Positions 10,301 through 19,747 of a stretch of 64,000 nt of DNA are shown piece by piece; within the stretch, counting starts at the first letter, position 1, and each line of letters starts with the position of its first letter. The notes under the pieces are model-generated. The model was not told the DNA's origin. It ran no database searches and saw only the letters and a list, made by a program, of their open reading frames with translations. The translations under genes were made by a program, and so were the position numbers. Origin of the DNA: a virus (Duplodnaviria; Caudoviricetes); the IMG/VR virus record IMGVR_UViG_3300032243_000867, positions 201,896 through 265,895 of that record; one strand, written 5' to 3'.

Positions 10301-13000
10301 GTGCGGGTGGCAAGCACACCCGACGGGGGGTACAACTACTCGCGTGGGACGCTGATCGACACCAAGTGGGCGCGGGGCACCGTTACGGTTCTCACCCCGA
10401 TTGCCGGGGACACCCTCACCATTGATGCCTCGCCCGCGCCGATTCTGGGCCCGACCGTCACCCTGACGGCGGGCACCAGTTACTCCATCGGGGCCACGAA
10501 CGTGGACACGGCGACGAACCTCGCCGCCGCGATCAACGCGAGTATCCTCGCCCCGAACTACCTCGAAGCCGCGGCCAACGGCATTCGCGTCACCCTCACT
10601 ACCAACACCAGCGGATCACCCGGCAACGGCATCGGGCTATCTACCGTCAGCGGCGGGCGGCTGGTGCTATCGGGCGCGACCCTCGCGGGCGCAGCGACGG
10701 ACCCGGAGAACGGCGATTGGTACCTAGAAACACCCTTCGGTGACACCCGCGCCTCGGGCAGCACCGTCTCCATCACCAGCACCCCGGCGGAAGCGGGGCT
10801 GGGCACCTACTACGGCTACGGGTACACGGACCCGTTCCTCAACGGGCGACGGGTGACGGCCTTCGACGCGAAGGTATCGGTGCAGCGAGATACGGCGGGC
10901 GTCGGCGGTGCGACCCTTGTGCTGCGCGACACACACAAGGAAGCCCGCCTCGCTACCCTGCGGTGGATCGACAAGGGAGTGCTCGGGAAGTTCATCTTCC
11001 GCACGGATACCGTATCCCTCGTAGGCAGCACCCCGTACTGGCAGCAAGGCTGGGACGGGCTCGCGGGGGACCGTGCGTTTGCCAACGGCCCGGAACAAGT
11101 GCTTCGCGGGGGCGACCTCCCGTGGTCGGTGTTCCGAAACCTCACCCCGTACCACTCCCCCGACGTGGGGAGGTTCTTGGAGTTCCGCCTCGCGGTGGAA
11201 AGCTCGACCCCCGGCGCGCTGGGCCGCATCGGGCTGTCTCTCTCCTGTGAGTTTGGCCCCATCCCCCGCGCCGTGTACCTAGAGTTCCGCACGGGCGGTG
11301 TGACGCTCACCACCGCACCGGGCGCGGGTGCTATCGTAAACGTCGGCGTGCCGTGGGAAGATGGCGCTGCCCGTACCTACCGTGTCACCTACAACGTAGG
11401 TACGAACACCGTTGATCTGCACATCGACGGCGTGGCGGGCGTTCTGGGCGTCGCCCTCGGGCTGTTCTCACCGAGCTCCCTTTCGGGCAGCGCGCAGGTG
11501 CAGTCCGACGTGGTCGCGGGGGCGGGCTTCACGGCCAACCTCCGGGGCTTGTGTTACGGCGGGACGGACGAAGGGGTGTCGGGCCTCGGGCGCACCTTCG
11601 GTATCTACCTCGGCGGCGACCCGCAAGACTTCAACAACTGGCGTATCCCTCGCACGGACGGGCTGAACGTCCCGAACAGCGACCCCTCGTCGGTCATCAC
11701 CCCGATGGATTGGTCGAGCGAGTGCTGGGTGCGGGTGTTCATGGACCCGACCTTCGGCGTGGCCTTCATCCGCCCTGACCTCGCGCCCCCGCCCGGATAC
11801 ACGGGCGACTTCGCCACGCAGTCGATGAACCCCAGCGCCGGGTGGGTGAGGCTGGAGTACGCGAAGCTACCGAGATTGCCCTCCGCCGAACGCTTCGGGG
11901 CCGTTTCTTTCGGCGCACTGAACGCGAACGGCTCGGTGCTCTCGACGTGGAACGACGTGCGGTACCGGGTGTTCACGAACACGTCGGTGGACTACGCGGC
12001 TCCGCAGGGGATGGCCCTGAACCGCTGGAACGTGGTATCCAGCAACGAGTTCGCGCGCGACACCACCCCGGAAGAAGTGGTCGTCGCCAGCGTAACCCGG
12101 TTCCGGGTTTCACTCCGTCCGTGCCACATCTTCGCGGACCGGGTGTTCGCCGTGCGGGTGGGCGGTGTGACGGTGCCGCAGAACCTCTGGCGGTTCAACC
12201 GCGATAGCCAAGAGGTCACTCTGGTGCCGGGGCTCCCTTCGGAGGGCTATCCCGTGAACGTGGTGTTCGCGCCCGGTAGGCCGATCACCACCACCTACCT
12301 GCAATCGCAGCCGTTCGACCAGTCGCAGACGATTCTGAACGAGGGCACGCCGACGTTCCAAGAGTCGCAGTCGGGCACGGCGGCGTATTCCACCATCACC
12401 CTCGATACCGTCTCGGGCGACGGCGGGCGCACCCCCAAGTTCCCGCCCGCTGGCCCCACCGACCCGGAGTACTTCCTTCGGGATCAGTACCTCGTACGGC
12501 AAGCGTCGGACACCGACGCCCTGTACGAGCGCATGGACTTCATCCGCCTCGAAGACGGCGGGCAGCGCGGACGGATCTCCTCGTACTGCGAGGGCGGTCC
12601 CGGCCCGGACGGGACGTGGGCGACGACGGAGTTCGCCTTCGCGGGAGCGGCCTTCACCGACCCCTACGCGGGGCGGGTGCGCCCCCCGGTAGGCGTGCGC
12701 CCCGGTTCGTACCGCTACTCCCTCATGGCCTCGGGGGCTGGGTTCAACGGCGGCGAACTGGGAACCTACTCGTTCGCAAATCCGACAACGGGCGTGGTAG
12801 CGCCCTTCAGCGGGGCTTCTCCCGTCACGACGGGTGCCGAACCTCGGATGCTCTACGCCACGGCACCTTCCTCGGGCGTGGTGCGGGGCACCGACAATGG
12901 GGCCATCTACCGGGAAACCCTGTTCGTCCTTCGCACGGGCGCGGCACCGGGCACGGTCACCGTCTGGACGGGCGGGAGTCCGCAACAGACGTGGGGTTGA
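7358..13000 (+). CDS. Large baseplate/tail structural protein (1880 aa)
   Basis: N-terminus resembles wedge/P2 gpI-like proteins (TYRDFLKRMVALLLQGS); long beta-rich Gly/Thr/Val body; follows baseplate J. Confidence 0.75.
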   Translation: MTTPIIPKSPVLYGLYRFFPPSVYGPAPQNPAPFNLHGQVDLDRVKSLADQIVTVFLNSLPSNYVSQVKGPYYVQQFQAAAEELAKIQVLLSDAYEDSDYDFTRTEVLYQFLATLVFPDSGKSGLPQIDGDLTYRDFLKRMVALLLQGSKYVSLVGGLEALTDANVSVLEKVKHLSDPGILWTLADQFTFEVDVSNFKRTGTTTAITVATHYHTVTVNVSGTGTTASVLYDAGTGPAHTHTITDFLVQEGAGTGQAPHTHDLISTFPDLPIVLQRNAALVLQALDPASTLYEYRNLFRENLRGLITDQVTAMDLSSGYYEDFRHDCSGVREISGTDGIVGADRFLFHDPTLSFRSVRVGAELVIPVLPPPAPSSHLPRENRYRVTAVVPFPYGDDPIPRAYTTSPTGLTGFVTVSEGAFTDTTQNFTLCGEGETITLTSGPNAGTYLLDVATGLNGGPLGNPATLGPSTGVRPVPSYLRVVPRIMTPGTGITYRVMVDHLGVRVPQTVTNEDAGWYFFGPAVTDTLYTRLGPLVKSWGDATPAQVADVTVRYDGLPIPVSAVNPYTGEVTLAAPVAPFAPGAHTVTVSYRWFISPVTGMAGLNTKGLTLNKWSLRGGRNTTTTPTPTSVYGGFYTTPFPMGVTLGRFNRRAPSLRIAHRYIGFEKGYTASLNSPTTMLLNQVPGRTSVPYAVADVSPQSFRYEGDVLPAAPWEPVGPVLGSLNEGYYTLADNSPAQVGYWKRDFALPTSTTVAMAARFRVVSASPDGVFAGVGFGFHNNRRLFFAGALRVPNPVTGEPLRHIGILLRPGDASLRSSWTIGPNADGKVQKLSAGATYGTVAVPTATVPTLVTAGDKFQILDGTQAGVYTITDLYLSRRTGQTFLVVSPPFPANPELFGNRDVTLYFDTPWDAGMCTWRLYANTRSQSVTVVFGGTSGSTTSVTTNTLASPAYLGPDVLPEGYGRALWGSLDRIATNTATWDFVRVASTPDGGYNYSRGTLIDTKWARGTVTVLTPIAGDTLTIDASPAPILGPTVTLTAGTSYSIGATNVDTATNLAAAINASILAPNYLEAAANGIRVTLTTNTSGSPGNGIGLSTVSGGRLVLSGATLAGAATDPENGDWYLETPFGDTRASGSTVSITSTPAEAGLGTYYGYGYTDPFLNGRRVTAFDAKVSVQRDTAGVGGATLVLRDTHKEARLATLRWIDKGVLGKFIFRTDTVSLVGSTPYWQQGWDGLAGDRAFANGPEQVLRGGDLPWSVFRNLTPYHSPDVGRFLEFRLAVESSTPGALGRIGLSLSCEFGPIPRAVYLEFRTGGVTLTTAPGAGAIVNVGVPWEDGAARTYRVTYNVGTNTVDLHIDGVAGVLGVALGLFSPSSLSGSAQVQSDVVAGAGFTANLRGLCYGGTDEGVSGLGRTFGIYLGGDPQDFNNWRIPRTDGLNVPNSDPSSVITPMDWSSECWVRVFMDPTFGVAFIRPDLAPPPGYTGDFATQSMNPSAGWVRLEYAKLPRLPSAERFGAVSFGALNANGSVLSTWNDVRYRVFTNTSVDYAAPQGMALNRWNVVSSNEFARDTTPEEVVVASVTRFRVSLRPCHIFADRVFAVRVGGVTVPQNLWRFNRDSQEVTLVPGLPSEGYPVNVVFAPGRPITTTYLQSQPFDQSQTILNEGTPTFQESQSGTAAYSTITLDTVSGDGGRTPKFPPAGPTDPEYFLRDQYLVRQASDTDALYERMDFIRLEDGGQRGRISSYCEGGPGPDGTWATTEFAFAGAAFTDPYAGRVRPPVGVRPGSYRYSLMASGAGFNGGELGTYSFANPTTGVVAPFSGASPVTTGAEPRMLYATAPSSGVVRGTDNGAIYRETLFVLRTGAAPGTVTVWTGGSPQQTWG

Positions 13001-13036
13001 CCCGCCGTTACCTTGCCTATACTGACCTCATATTAT

Positions 13037-13192
13037 ATGGCAGCGAAGGTTCAAGTGCTCGTCGGATTCGATGCAGACCAGATTGAATGGCTCAAGTCTG
13101 AGAGCCTTCGACGCCGCGTGCCCAGAGCTCAAGTTGTTCGCGAGCTAGTCCTCCGAGAAATGACTCCGCAACCGAAAACGCCCGTCGAATGA
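13037..13192 (+). CDS. Ribbon-helix-helix (CopG-like) protein
   Basis: Manual translation MAAKVQVLVGFDADQIEWLKSESLRRRVPRAQVVRELVLREMTPQPKTPVE; ATGA overlap with tnpB. Confidence 0.6.
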   Translation: MAAKVQVLVGFDADQIEWLKSESLRRRVPRAQVVRELVLREMTPQPKTPVE

Positions 13193-14427
13193 TCTTGCGG
13201 GCCTACAGGGTAGAGCTCGACCCAAACGACCGGCAACGGACGGCCTTTATCCGTCATGCCGGGTCCGTGAGGTTCGTCTACAACTGGGGCCTCGCTACTT
13301 TGATGCAGGACTACGCGGAGCGGAAAGCTGCCACCCCCGAAGGCGAAAAGGTGAAGGGTGGGTTGCGACCTCTCGATCTACAAGCCCGCCTTCCGGCGTT
13401 GAAGATCGAGCACCCGTGGCTCGCGGAAGTTACCGCACAGTCTCTCCAGATGTCTGTTCGCAACCTCGACCGTGCGTTCCGAGGCTTCTTTCGACGGGTG
13501 AAAGCGGGTCTCACTCCCGGATACCCCCGCTTCAAGAAGCGCGGGTTGACCAAGCCCGCGTTCCAATTTGCTCAGAAGGTCAAGGCTACGGGGACTCGCG
13601 TTTGTCTCCCGAAGATCGGACCCGTGCGGTTGAAGCAGCGGGGCTACATCCCCGCAGACCTCCCCCTCAAAACCGTCACCGTCAGGGAGGTTGTGGGGAG
13701 GTGGTTCGTAACGGTTCTGGTTGAGGTTCCAGACCCACCGAAGGTCGAAACGACCGGGGGGATCATTGGGATCGACCTCGGCGTCAAGACCCTCGCCACC
13801 CTATCGGACGGAACGGTCTACCCCAACCCGAAACACCTTGAACGGTCTCAAGATTCCCTAACGCGCCTTCAACGGAAGCTCTCCCGTCAGCAGAAAGGAT
13901 CGAACAGACGGGCCAAGACCAAGGTCCGCATTGCGAAGGCCCACGCACGGATCAGTAACCAACGGGTGGGTAGCCTCCACAAGATGACCAGCGAAGTCGT
14001 GAAAACCAAGCGACCTACGACTATCGTCATCGAGGACTTGAACGTCGCGGGAATGACCCGGAATCGTCGTCTAGCGAGGGCGGTGAGTTCCGCATCGTTC
14101 GCGGAGATTCGTCGTCAACTAACATACAAGTGTGACTGGCACGGGGTGAAACTCGTGGTAGCAGACCGCTTCTATCCGTCCAGCAAGACTTGCAACGGCT
14201 GCGGGGCGGTGAAGAGCGACATCACCTTGGGGGAGCGTACCTACGTCTGCGACCTTTGCGGGTATGTTCGAGACCGAGACGTGAACGCGGCTCTCAACCT
14301 ACGGGGTTGGGGAATGAATTTTCTGGCCGGGGGAACCCCGGCGACTGCTCGCGGAGGAAACGTAAGACCCGAAGCAATTCGGGCAGATTCCGTTGAAACG
14401 AGAACCGATCAGGGGACGGCCCCGTAA
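13189..14427 (+). CDS. tnpB: TnpB RNA-guided endonuclease
   Basis: N-terminal LRAYRVELDPNDRQ HTH; RuvC motifs IGIDLG, IVIEDL and DRDVNAALNL; zinc finger CNGC...CDLC. Confidence 0.93.
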   Translation: MILRAYRVELDPNDRQRTAFIRHAGSVRFVYNWGLATLMQDYAERKAATPEGEKVKGGLRPLDLQARLPALKIEHPWLAEVTAQSLQMSVRNLDRAFRGFFRRVKAGLTPGYPRFKKRGLTKPAFQFAQKVKATGTRVCLPKIGPVRLKQRGYIPADLPLKTVTVREVVGRWFVTVLVEVPDPPKVETTGGIIGIDLGVKTLATLSDGTVYPNPKHLERSQDSLTRLQRKLSRQQKGSNRRAKTKVRIAKAHARISNQRVGSLHKMTSEVVKTKRPTTIVIEDLNVAGMTRNRRLARAVSSASFAEIRRQLTYKCDWHGVKLVVADRFYPSSKTCNGCGAVKSDITLGERTYVCDLCGYVRDRDVNAALNLRGWGMNFLAGGTPATARGGNVRPEAIRADSVETRTDQGTAP

Positions 14428-14461
14428 GCATCGGAGTTCAACGTATCCCGCCTATAAACGG
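14310..14461 (+). ncRNA. Putative TnpB omega-RNA (scaffold plus about 20-nt guide)
   Basis: By analogy with IS200/IS605 elements, the scaffold overlaps the tnpB 3' end and ends at TCAA, and the guide is the flank CGTATCCCGCCTATAAACGG; 5' boundary approximate. Confidence 0.4.
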
Positions 14462-14469
14462 GAGAGGGT

Positions 14470-15120
14470 ATGCGCTACGCCGACCGGGTCAACCGACCCC
14501 GCGAGGGACTCAAGATGGGCTTCGATTTCGGGCACGCCGATGGTGTGGTGTCCCTCAAGGGGACGTACATCATTCACCTCACGGACATCGCCACGGGTGA
14601 AGTTCTCGATCACCGAGAGAAGTCAAACATCGTCACGCTGGACGGCGGGATTCTGGTCGCGTTGCTTCTCGCCTCGGGTCCGACCCCGGTGCCTCCTTCG
14701 CAGCGCGGGCTCACCATGCTCGCCGTGGGCACGGGGGCGACGGGGCCGTTGCTGAACCCCGACGCGCCCGACCCCCGGCAACGGAAGCTCAACAGCGAGC
14801 TCTGGCGCAAGGTTTTCAGCGTTCGCCAGTTCCGCAACTCGACAGGCGGTGCCGTGAGCTATCCCACCAACGTGGTGGACTTCACGGCGACCTTCGGCGC
14901 GGGCGAGGCCGAAGGTCCCCTCAACGAGATGGGCCTGCTACGCACCCTCACCCTCGGGCCGACCCCCGGTACGCCGATTACCCCGGCCCCGGTGTTCCCG
15001 GCATATGACCCGACCGTGGATCTCACGAACTACGACATCCTCGCGAACTACACAACCTTCGGGGTATGCGTGAAACCCGCGAACAGCCTCCTCACCATCA
15101 CTTGGCGGCTTACGACGTGA
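14470..15120 (+). CDS. Tail collar/baseplate protein (DUF3751-like)
   Basis: SNIVTLDG...LAVGTG...LNSELWRK...VDFTATFGAGEAEGPLNEMGL pattern; start may be 14515. Confidence 0.65.
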   Translation: MRYADRVNRPREGLKMGFDFGHADGVVSLKGTYIIHLTDIATGEVLDHREKSNIVTLDGGILVALLLASGPTPVPPSQRGLTMLAVGTGATGPLLNPDAPDPRQRKLNSELWRKVFSVRQFRNSTGGAVSYPTNVVDFTATFGAGEAEGPLNEMGLLRTLTLGPTPGTPITPAPVFPAYDPTVDLTNYDILANYTTFGVCVKPANSLLTITWRLTT

Positions 15121-16451
15121 ACGAGAAGCTCTACGTCCTCGATACTTCCGTTCTCATCCACGACCCCGAAGCTCTGAGGTCGTTCCGCGGCACATCGGTC
15201 GCCATTCCGATCTTCGTGGTGATGGAGCTCGACGACCTCAAGGTGAGCACCCGTCACGAGGTGTCGAGTGCAGCCCGCACGGCTTCGCGGCGCATCGCCC
15301 GCATCGTTTCGCAGGGCGACGTGAACAACCCGAACGGGATCAACGATCTCAAGACCGGGAGCACGTTCTACGTCGTCGGTCAGGACGAGCACTTCGAGAG
15401 CCTCCAGAACACCACCTTGTCCCGCAAGATGGACCTGCTCATCCTCGGCAGCGCCCTGAAGCTACAGGAACGCTTTGCCAACAAAACGGTGGTGCTGGTT
15501 TCCAAGGACGTGAACCTTCGCATTCTCGCCGCCGCCAAGGGCGTCGGGGCGGAGGATTATCGCAAGGACCGGGTGGACCCGAACGAGGTTCCCTCGGGCG
15601 TTCATACCCAGGTGCTCACGGACCCCGATGCCCTTCAGCCCCTCTACGGGGCGGACCCGCCCGATACGGTGCCGTGCGTAGACCTAGACGCGGTGTCCCC
15701 CAACGAGTTCATTCGGTTCACCGGGCAAGGGTTCAGCCCCCAGTTGTTCCGATGGAACGGGACCGCCTTGCGCCCCGCTTCGCGCGGGAAGGGCATGAAG
15801 TTCGAGGCCCGCAACGACGGCCAGCGTATGGCGCTGGACCTATTGATGGACCCGAAGGTCCACCTCGTCGTGCTGAACGGCGCGGCGGGCTCGGGCAAAA
15901 CGCTGCTCAGCCTGATGGCGGGGCTGTACCAGTTGGAACGCCAATACGACAAGATCATCCTGTCGAAGCCCGTGGTGTCGATGGGCCGTGACCTCGGGTA
16001 TCTACCCGGCACCGAGAGCGACAAGATGCACCCGTGGATGTTGTCGTTCTACGACAACCTCGACCAGCTTCTCACCACCGATGCGAAGGAAAACAAGCGC
16101 AAGGGGGTCAAGGAGAAGAACTGGGAGCAACTGATGCAATCGGGGCAGGTGGAAATCCAGCCCATGCACAGCATCCGTGGGCGGTCTATCCCGCGCTCGT
16201 TCATGCTGTTCGACGAGATTCAGAACGCCACCCCCCACGAGGTGAAAACCGTGGTGAGCCGTGCGGCCACGGGGACGAAGGTAGTCCTGTGCGGTGACCC
16301 GTCGCAGATCGACGACCCGTTTCTGGATGCCTTCAGCAACGGGTTGGTACACGCCGCGAAGATGACTCGGGAATCACCCTTGGCCGGGTCGGTCTATCTC
16401 GGTGAGGGCGTCCGCAGCCCACTGGCAGAGCTCGCGGCCAAGTCCCTCTGA
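15117..16451 (+). CDS. phoH: PIN-domain PhoH family ATPase (PhoH2/YlaK-like)
   Basis: YVLDTSVLIHDP and LVSKDVNLRI (PIN); GAAGSGKT, GRDLGYLPG, IRGRSI, DEIQN and GDPSQID (PhoH); GTGA overlap. Confidence 0.92.
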   Translation: MNEKLYVLDTSVLIHDPEALRSFRGTSVAIPIFVVMELDDLKVSTRHEVSSAARTASRRIARIVSQGDVNNPNGINDLKTGSTFYVVGQDEHFESLQNTTLSRKMDLLILGSALKLQERFANKTVVLVSKDVNLRILAAAKGVGAEDYRKDRVDPNEVPSGVHTQVLTDPDALQPLYGADPPDTVPCVDLDAVSPNEFIRFTGQGFSPQLFRWNGTALRPASRGKGMKFEARNDGQRMALDLLMDPKVHLVVLNGAAGSGKTLLSLMAGLYQLERQYDKIILSKPVVSMGRDLGYLPGTESDKMHPWMLSFYDNLDQLLTTDAKENKRKGVKEKNWEQLMQSGQVEIQPMHSIRGRSIPRSFMLFDEIQNATPHEVKTVVSRAATGTKVVLCGDPSQIDDPFLDAFSNGLVHAAKMTRESPLAGSVYLGEGVRSPLAELAAKSL

Positions 16452-16505
16452 CGGCGGGTTTCCCTTCTATCCGCGTACCGTTGCGGAACTCCTCACAGGT
16501 GAACG

Positions 16506-19500
16506 ATGCCCGCTTTCAACCGCTATTACACGCCCCCCGGTTCAGCCGTTCCCTCGTCGGTATCGCGGGATCTGGACCCCGGCGAGTATTCGTGGGACAC
16601 GGTCGTCTACCAGAGTGGGCGACCGATCCTCGACGCGGAGCTCAACCTTGCCCAAGACGCCAGCGAGTACAACCGCACCCTTCTCGCGGGTAAGGCCCTG
16701 CCCTCGGGGTTCATCCGCGGGCAAAGCACCTTTTCCGCGCTGAACGACTACGCCTTCGGGTTGCCCCCCGGCGTGCCCGTGAACTCGTTCATTCTTCCCC
16801 GCTTGCTCGCCAACGTAGCGGGAATGCCCGTGGTGGTGGAGTACACGGGCACGGTCACTCCGAACGCAAACGTAGTAACGCTCCCCGCTGCGACCGCGTA
16901 CGCGGGTCTCCCGGCGAACATCAAGCGCACGGACTTCGTGTTCCTAGAAGTCTGGCGTGCACAGGTAGCACCCTCACCCCGTGCCTACGGGTACGTCCAG
17001 ATCGTGGACTCCCCGTTCGCCATCGCCCCCGGTGACACGATCACCATTGACACGACGGTGTTGGGCGGTGCCCCGGTGGTGCTCGCGGCGGTGGCGGGAG
17101 TTCCCGCCGTGGGGCAGTTCCAGATCGGGGCCAACGCCGACGCGACGGGTGTCAACTTCGCGGCGGCGGTGAACAACCCTGCAAACGGTCTGTTTCCCGA
17201 CGTGACGGCGAACGCCCACAGCTCCAGCATCGTGCAGATCACCGCGGGCACGGGCGGTGTCGTCGGAAACGGCGTCACCCTTGCGGAGAGCACGGCGGGC
17301 GCTCGCATTGTTCTCTCGGGGCCGAATCTCCTCAACGGCGCGAACCGCCCGAACAAGCCCACGCAGGACGCCATCTACCACCACGGCAACGTGGGCTCGC
17401 CCCCGGGTGTGGACCTCCCCGACAACTTGGTCGATCCCGCCCTGAACGTCGAAAGCACCCAACGGGTGCAGGTCCAGTACCGCCTACGGACGTACAGCGA
17501 CGTGGCGGCGGGCATCAACCCCAAGACTCAGCCCGACGGGTTCAGCAATACGAACCTACTGGCGCAGGGCGCGGCGGTCGCCCCCGTTGTGGGCTATCCG
17601 TTCGTCCCCGCCGACGGGGTCACCGTCACGGTTAACTCCGACGCCACGGCCTACGGGTTCGTGGACAACGGGCTGTACATTGCGGGTGATGGGACGGCGG
17701 TAAGCGCCGCTGCGCTGGGAACGGTGGACGGGTTCGTGTACGCGATCCCCGTGTGCTTTGCGTTTCGCCGCAACAACGCGGAGGGCACAGGCGGCTTCGA
17801 TCCGGCGTCGAACGCGAACGGGGCGCTGTCCTACGGGCACGCCGCACCCTTCTTGAACTCGCACCTAGAGACACCCGGCCCGGTCAACATCGCCGCGAAC
17901 GCTTCGGATCGCCCGGACGGGTTGTTCCACGACGTGATTGCGGCGGCGGACGTTCTGGACCTTCGTCGGCACGTCACCCCGCCGGGGTACGACTTCGGCT
18001 CGGAGCTCAAGTACCAGACCCAGTCCCTGCTCGACGCCACCAACCTCTCGTGGCAGGTGGAATCGTCGGACCTCGGGACGATGGGCGCGGGATCGGGCGG
18101 GGAGTCCACCACCCCGATGGTGTGCGACGAGATCGCCCGTCCCGGCAGTCCGGGGTCTGGGGTTTTCGGGGACCGCATCCGCACGTTCGACCACATCGCT
18201 CGTCGGTTTGCTTCTCAGCCCATCGTCGAACGGGTGATCTTCGAGGTGCTACCGAACGCTGTTTCCTACCCCGTGGGCTTCGCGGTGGCGAACTCGGGCA
18301 CGGGGTGGTGCGAGGACGACACCATCTCCCTCGACTTCACGGCGCTGGACGCTTCGACACTACAAGACTGGCTGCTTCCCACGGCGGCGCGGCCCGTGAC
18401 GGGCAACTGGCCCGTTGGGACGAAGGTCACCGACGTTCTGGTGAGCTACCACGATGACGGCCATAGCACCGTTCCCGTGGACCAAGTGGTTCAGTTCAAG
18501 AGCATCACGGGCGTGGGGACCGACGTGGTGACCGTCACCTTGGACCACAACCCGCAGGTAACGAACGTGGCGGCATCGGGGACCATGTTGACCGACCTGT
18601 CATTGGGAGTGAACGGTTCGCAGCGGCGCATCTTCCTAGAGGTTGAGGTCACCTACCCCACGGGTGCGGGGTTGATTCGCACGCCGCGCGCACCCCTCAC
18701 CCCTAGCGCGTCCTCGGGATACGCCCCGTACAACGGCGGGGCGATCATCGAGTTCGACCCTTCGCAGCGCCCCACGGACATGGTGGTGGGGTGGGTGCCG
18801 CAACCGAAGTTCCGCCCGCCGTTCCGAGAGGTTCTCCTCGAACAACAAACCAAGAACGTCGTGGACAGCGTCGTCACGCGGGACCCCGCCACCGTCTACA
18901 CCCCTCGGAGGGTATCCACCACGGTGGGTATGTTGGCGAACGGGGTTGCTCCCGTGAGCGCCACGGTGGGAAGCTCGGAGCGAAAGGTGGTTCTGGGCGC
19001 GGCGGCGGTGGGGCAAAGCCCCGTGCCGGTGAACTACCGACCGCAAGACCCCATCCCCGACTACGGAGCGTCGGGCTACCGTCTCGACGTGTACTACCAA
19101 GGGACCGCCCCGCAGACGTGCGGGGTTCAGCCGGGGGCGATTCCGACGAACCTTCTTCCCCACGGCTTCACCGTCGAACCCCTGGCGGTTTCCAACCACG
19201 TCTGGACGGGTCAAACGGGCGCTGGCTCGGTGGACCTCGCGTTCCCCTACGCGGTGCCCCTCGACAACATCCCGATGGCGAACTTGGTGCCGGGAAGCGA
19301 CCTTGAGTGGTACTTCGCGGCGACGGCCGCGGTGGCGGTATCCGACTTCAACGCCGACACGGGCTCGCTCACCTTGCACCCGATGGTGCCGATGGACGCT
19401 TCGGCCCCGTTGACCCTCGGGGATGTCGCGCACGGAACGAAGATCGACGGGGAGTTCCGCGCCTACTACGACTTCGTGAACGCGGGCGGGTACAAGTCCA

Positions 19501-19742
19501 CGGTGATGGCGCAGCCCTTGTCGGGCGCGACCCGTCACAAAGTGTTCACGACGATGCTCGTTCGCCCCACCACGGCGACGTTGCTCTTCCGCCCTGGTGA
19601 GCTCGTCCTTCTGGTGTTCTCTCGGTGGGCCGTGCTGGACGCCGACAACAAGGTGGTGGTGGCCGACCCGCCCGTGGGGACGGCCTCTTCCATCGTGGCC
19701 GTGTTTCGCACCAAGAACCTTCTACTCACCGCAGGTACCTGA
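16506..19742 (+). CDS. Tail/baseplate structural protein (DUF6519-like N-terminus)
   Basis: RDLDPGEYSWDTVVYQSGRPILDAELNLAQD N-terminus; beta-rich 1078-aa body. Confidence 0.7.
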   Translation: MPAFNRYYTPPGSAVPSSVSRDLDPGEYSWDTVVYQSGRPILDAELNLAQDASEYNRTLLAGKALPSGFIRGQSTFSALNDYAFGLPPGVPVNSFILPRLLANVAGMPVVVEYTGTVTPNANVVTLPAATAYAGLPANIKRTDFVFLEVWRAQVAPSPRAYGYVQIVDSPFAIAPGDTITIDTTVLGGAPVVLAAVAGVPAVGQFQIGANADATGVNFAAAVNNPANGLFPDVTANAHSSSIVQITAGTGGVVGNGVTLAESTAGARIVLSGPNLLNGANRPNKPTQDAIYHHGNVGSPPGVDLPDNLVDPALNVESTQRVQVQYRLRTYSDVAAGINPKTQPDGFSNTNLLAQGAAVAPVVGYPFVPADGVTVTVNSDATAYGFVDNGLYIAGDGTAVSAAALGTVDGFVYAIPVCFAFRRNNAEGTGGFDPASNANGALSYGHAAPFLNSHLETPGPVNIAANASDRPDGLFHDVIAAADVLDLRRHVTPPGYDFGSELKYQTQSLLDATNLSWQVESSDLGTMGAGSGGESTTPMVCDEIARPGSPGSGVFGDRIRTFDHIARRFASQPIVERVIFEVLPNAVSYPVGFAVANSGTGWCEDDTISLDFTALDASTLQDWLLPTAARPVTGNWPVGTKVTDVLVSYHDDGHSTVPVDQVVQFKSITGVGTDVVTVTLDHNPQVTNVAASGTMLTDLSLGVNGSQRRIFLEVEVTYPTGAGLIRTPRAPLTPSASSGYAPYNGGAIIEFDPSQRPTDMVVGWVPQPKFRPPFREVLLEQQTKNVVDSVVTRDPATVYTPRRVSTTVGMLANGVAPVSATVGSSERKVVLGAAAVGQSPVPVNYRPQDPIPDYGASGYRLDVYYQGTAPQTCGVQPGAIPTNLLPHGFTVEPLAVSNHVWTGQTGAGSVDLAFPYAVPLDNIPMANLVPGSDLEWYFAATAAVAVSDFNADTGSLTLHPMVPMDASAPLTLGDVAHGTKIDGEFRAYYDFVNAGGYKSTVMAQPLSGATRHKVFTTMLVRPTTATLLFRPGELVLLVFSRWAVLDADNKVVVADPPVGTASSIVAVFRTKNLLLTAGT

Positions 19743-19747
19743 ACGCC

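Larger units (their letters stand above)
13002..14441 (+). mobile_element. IS200/IS605-family (IS1341-like, no tnpA) element carrying RHH + tnpB
   Basis: tnpB without transposase; 3' hairpin CCGAT-cagggg-acgg-cccc-gtaagc-ATCGG followed by TTCAA (14437-14441) as the likely right end; left end uncertain (TTGAC at 12997-13001). Confidence 0.55.
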
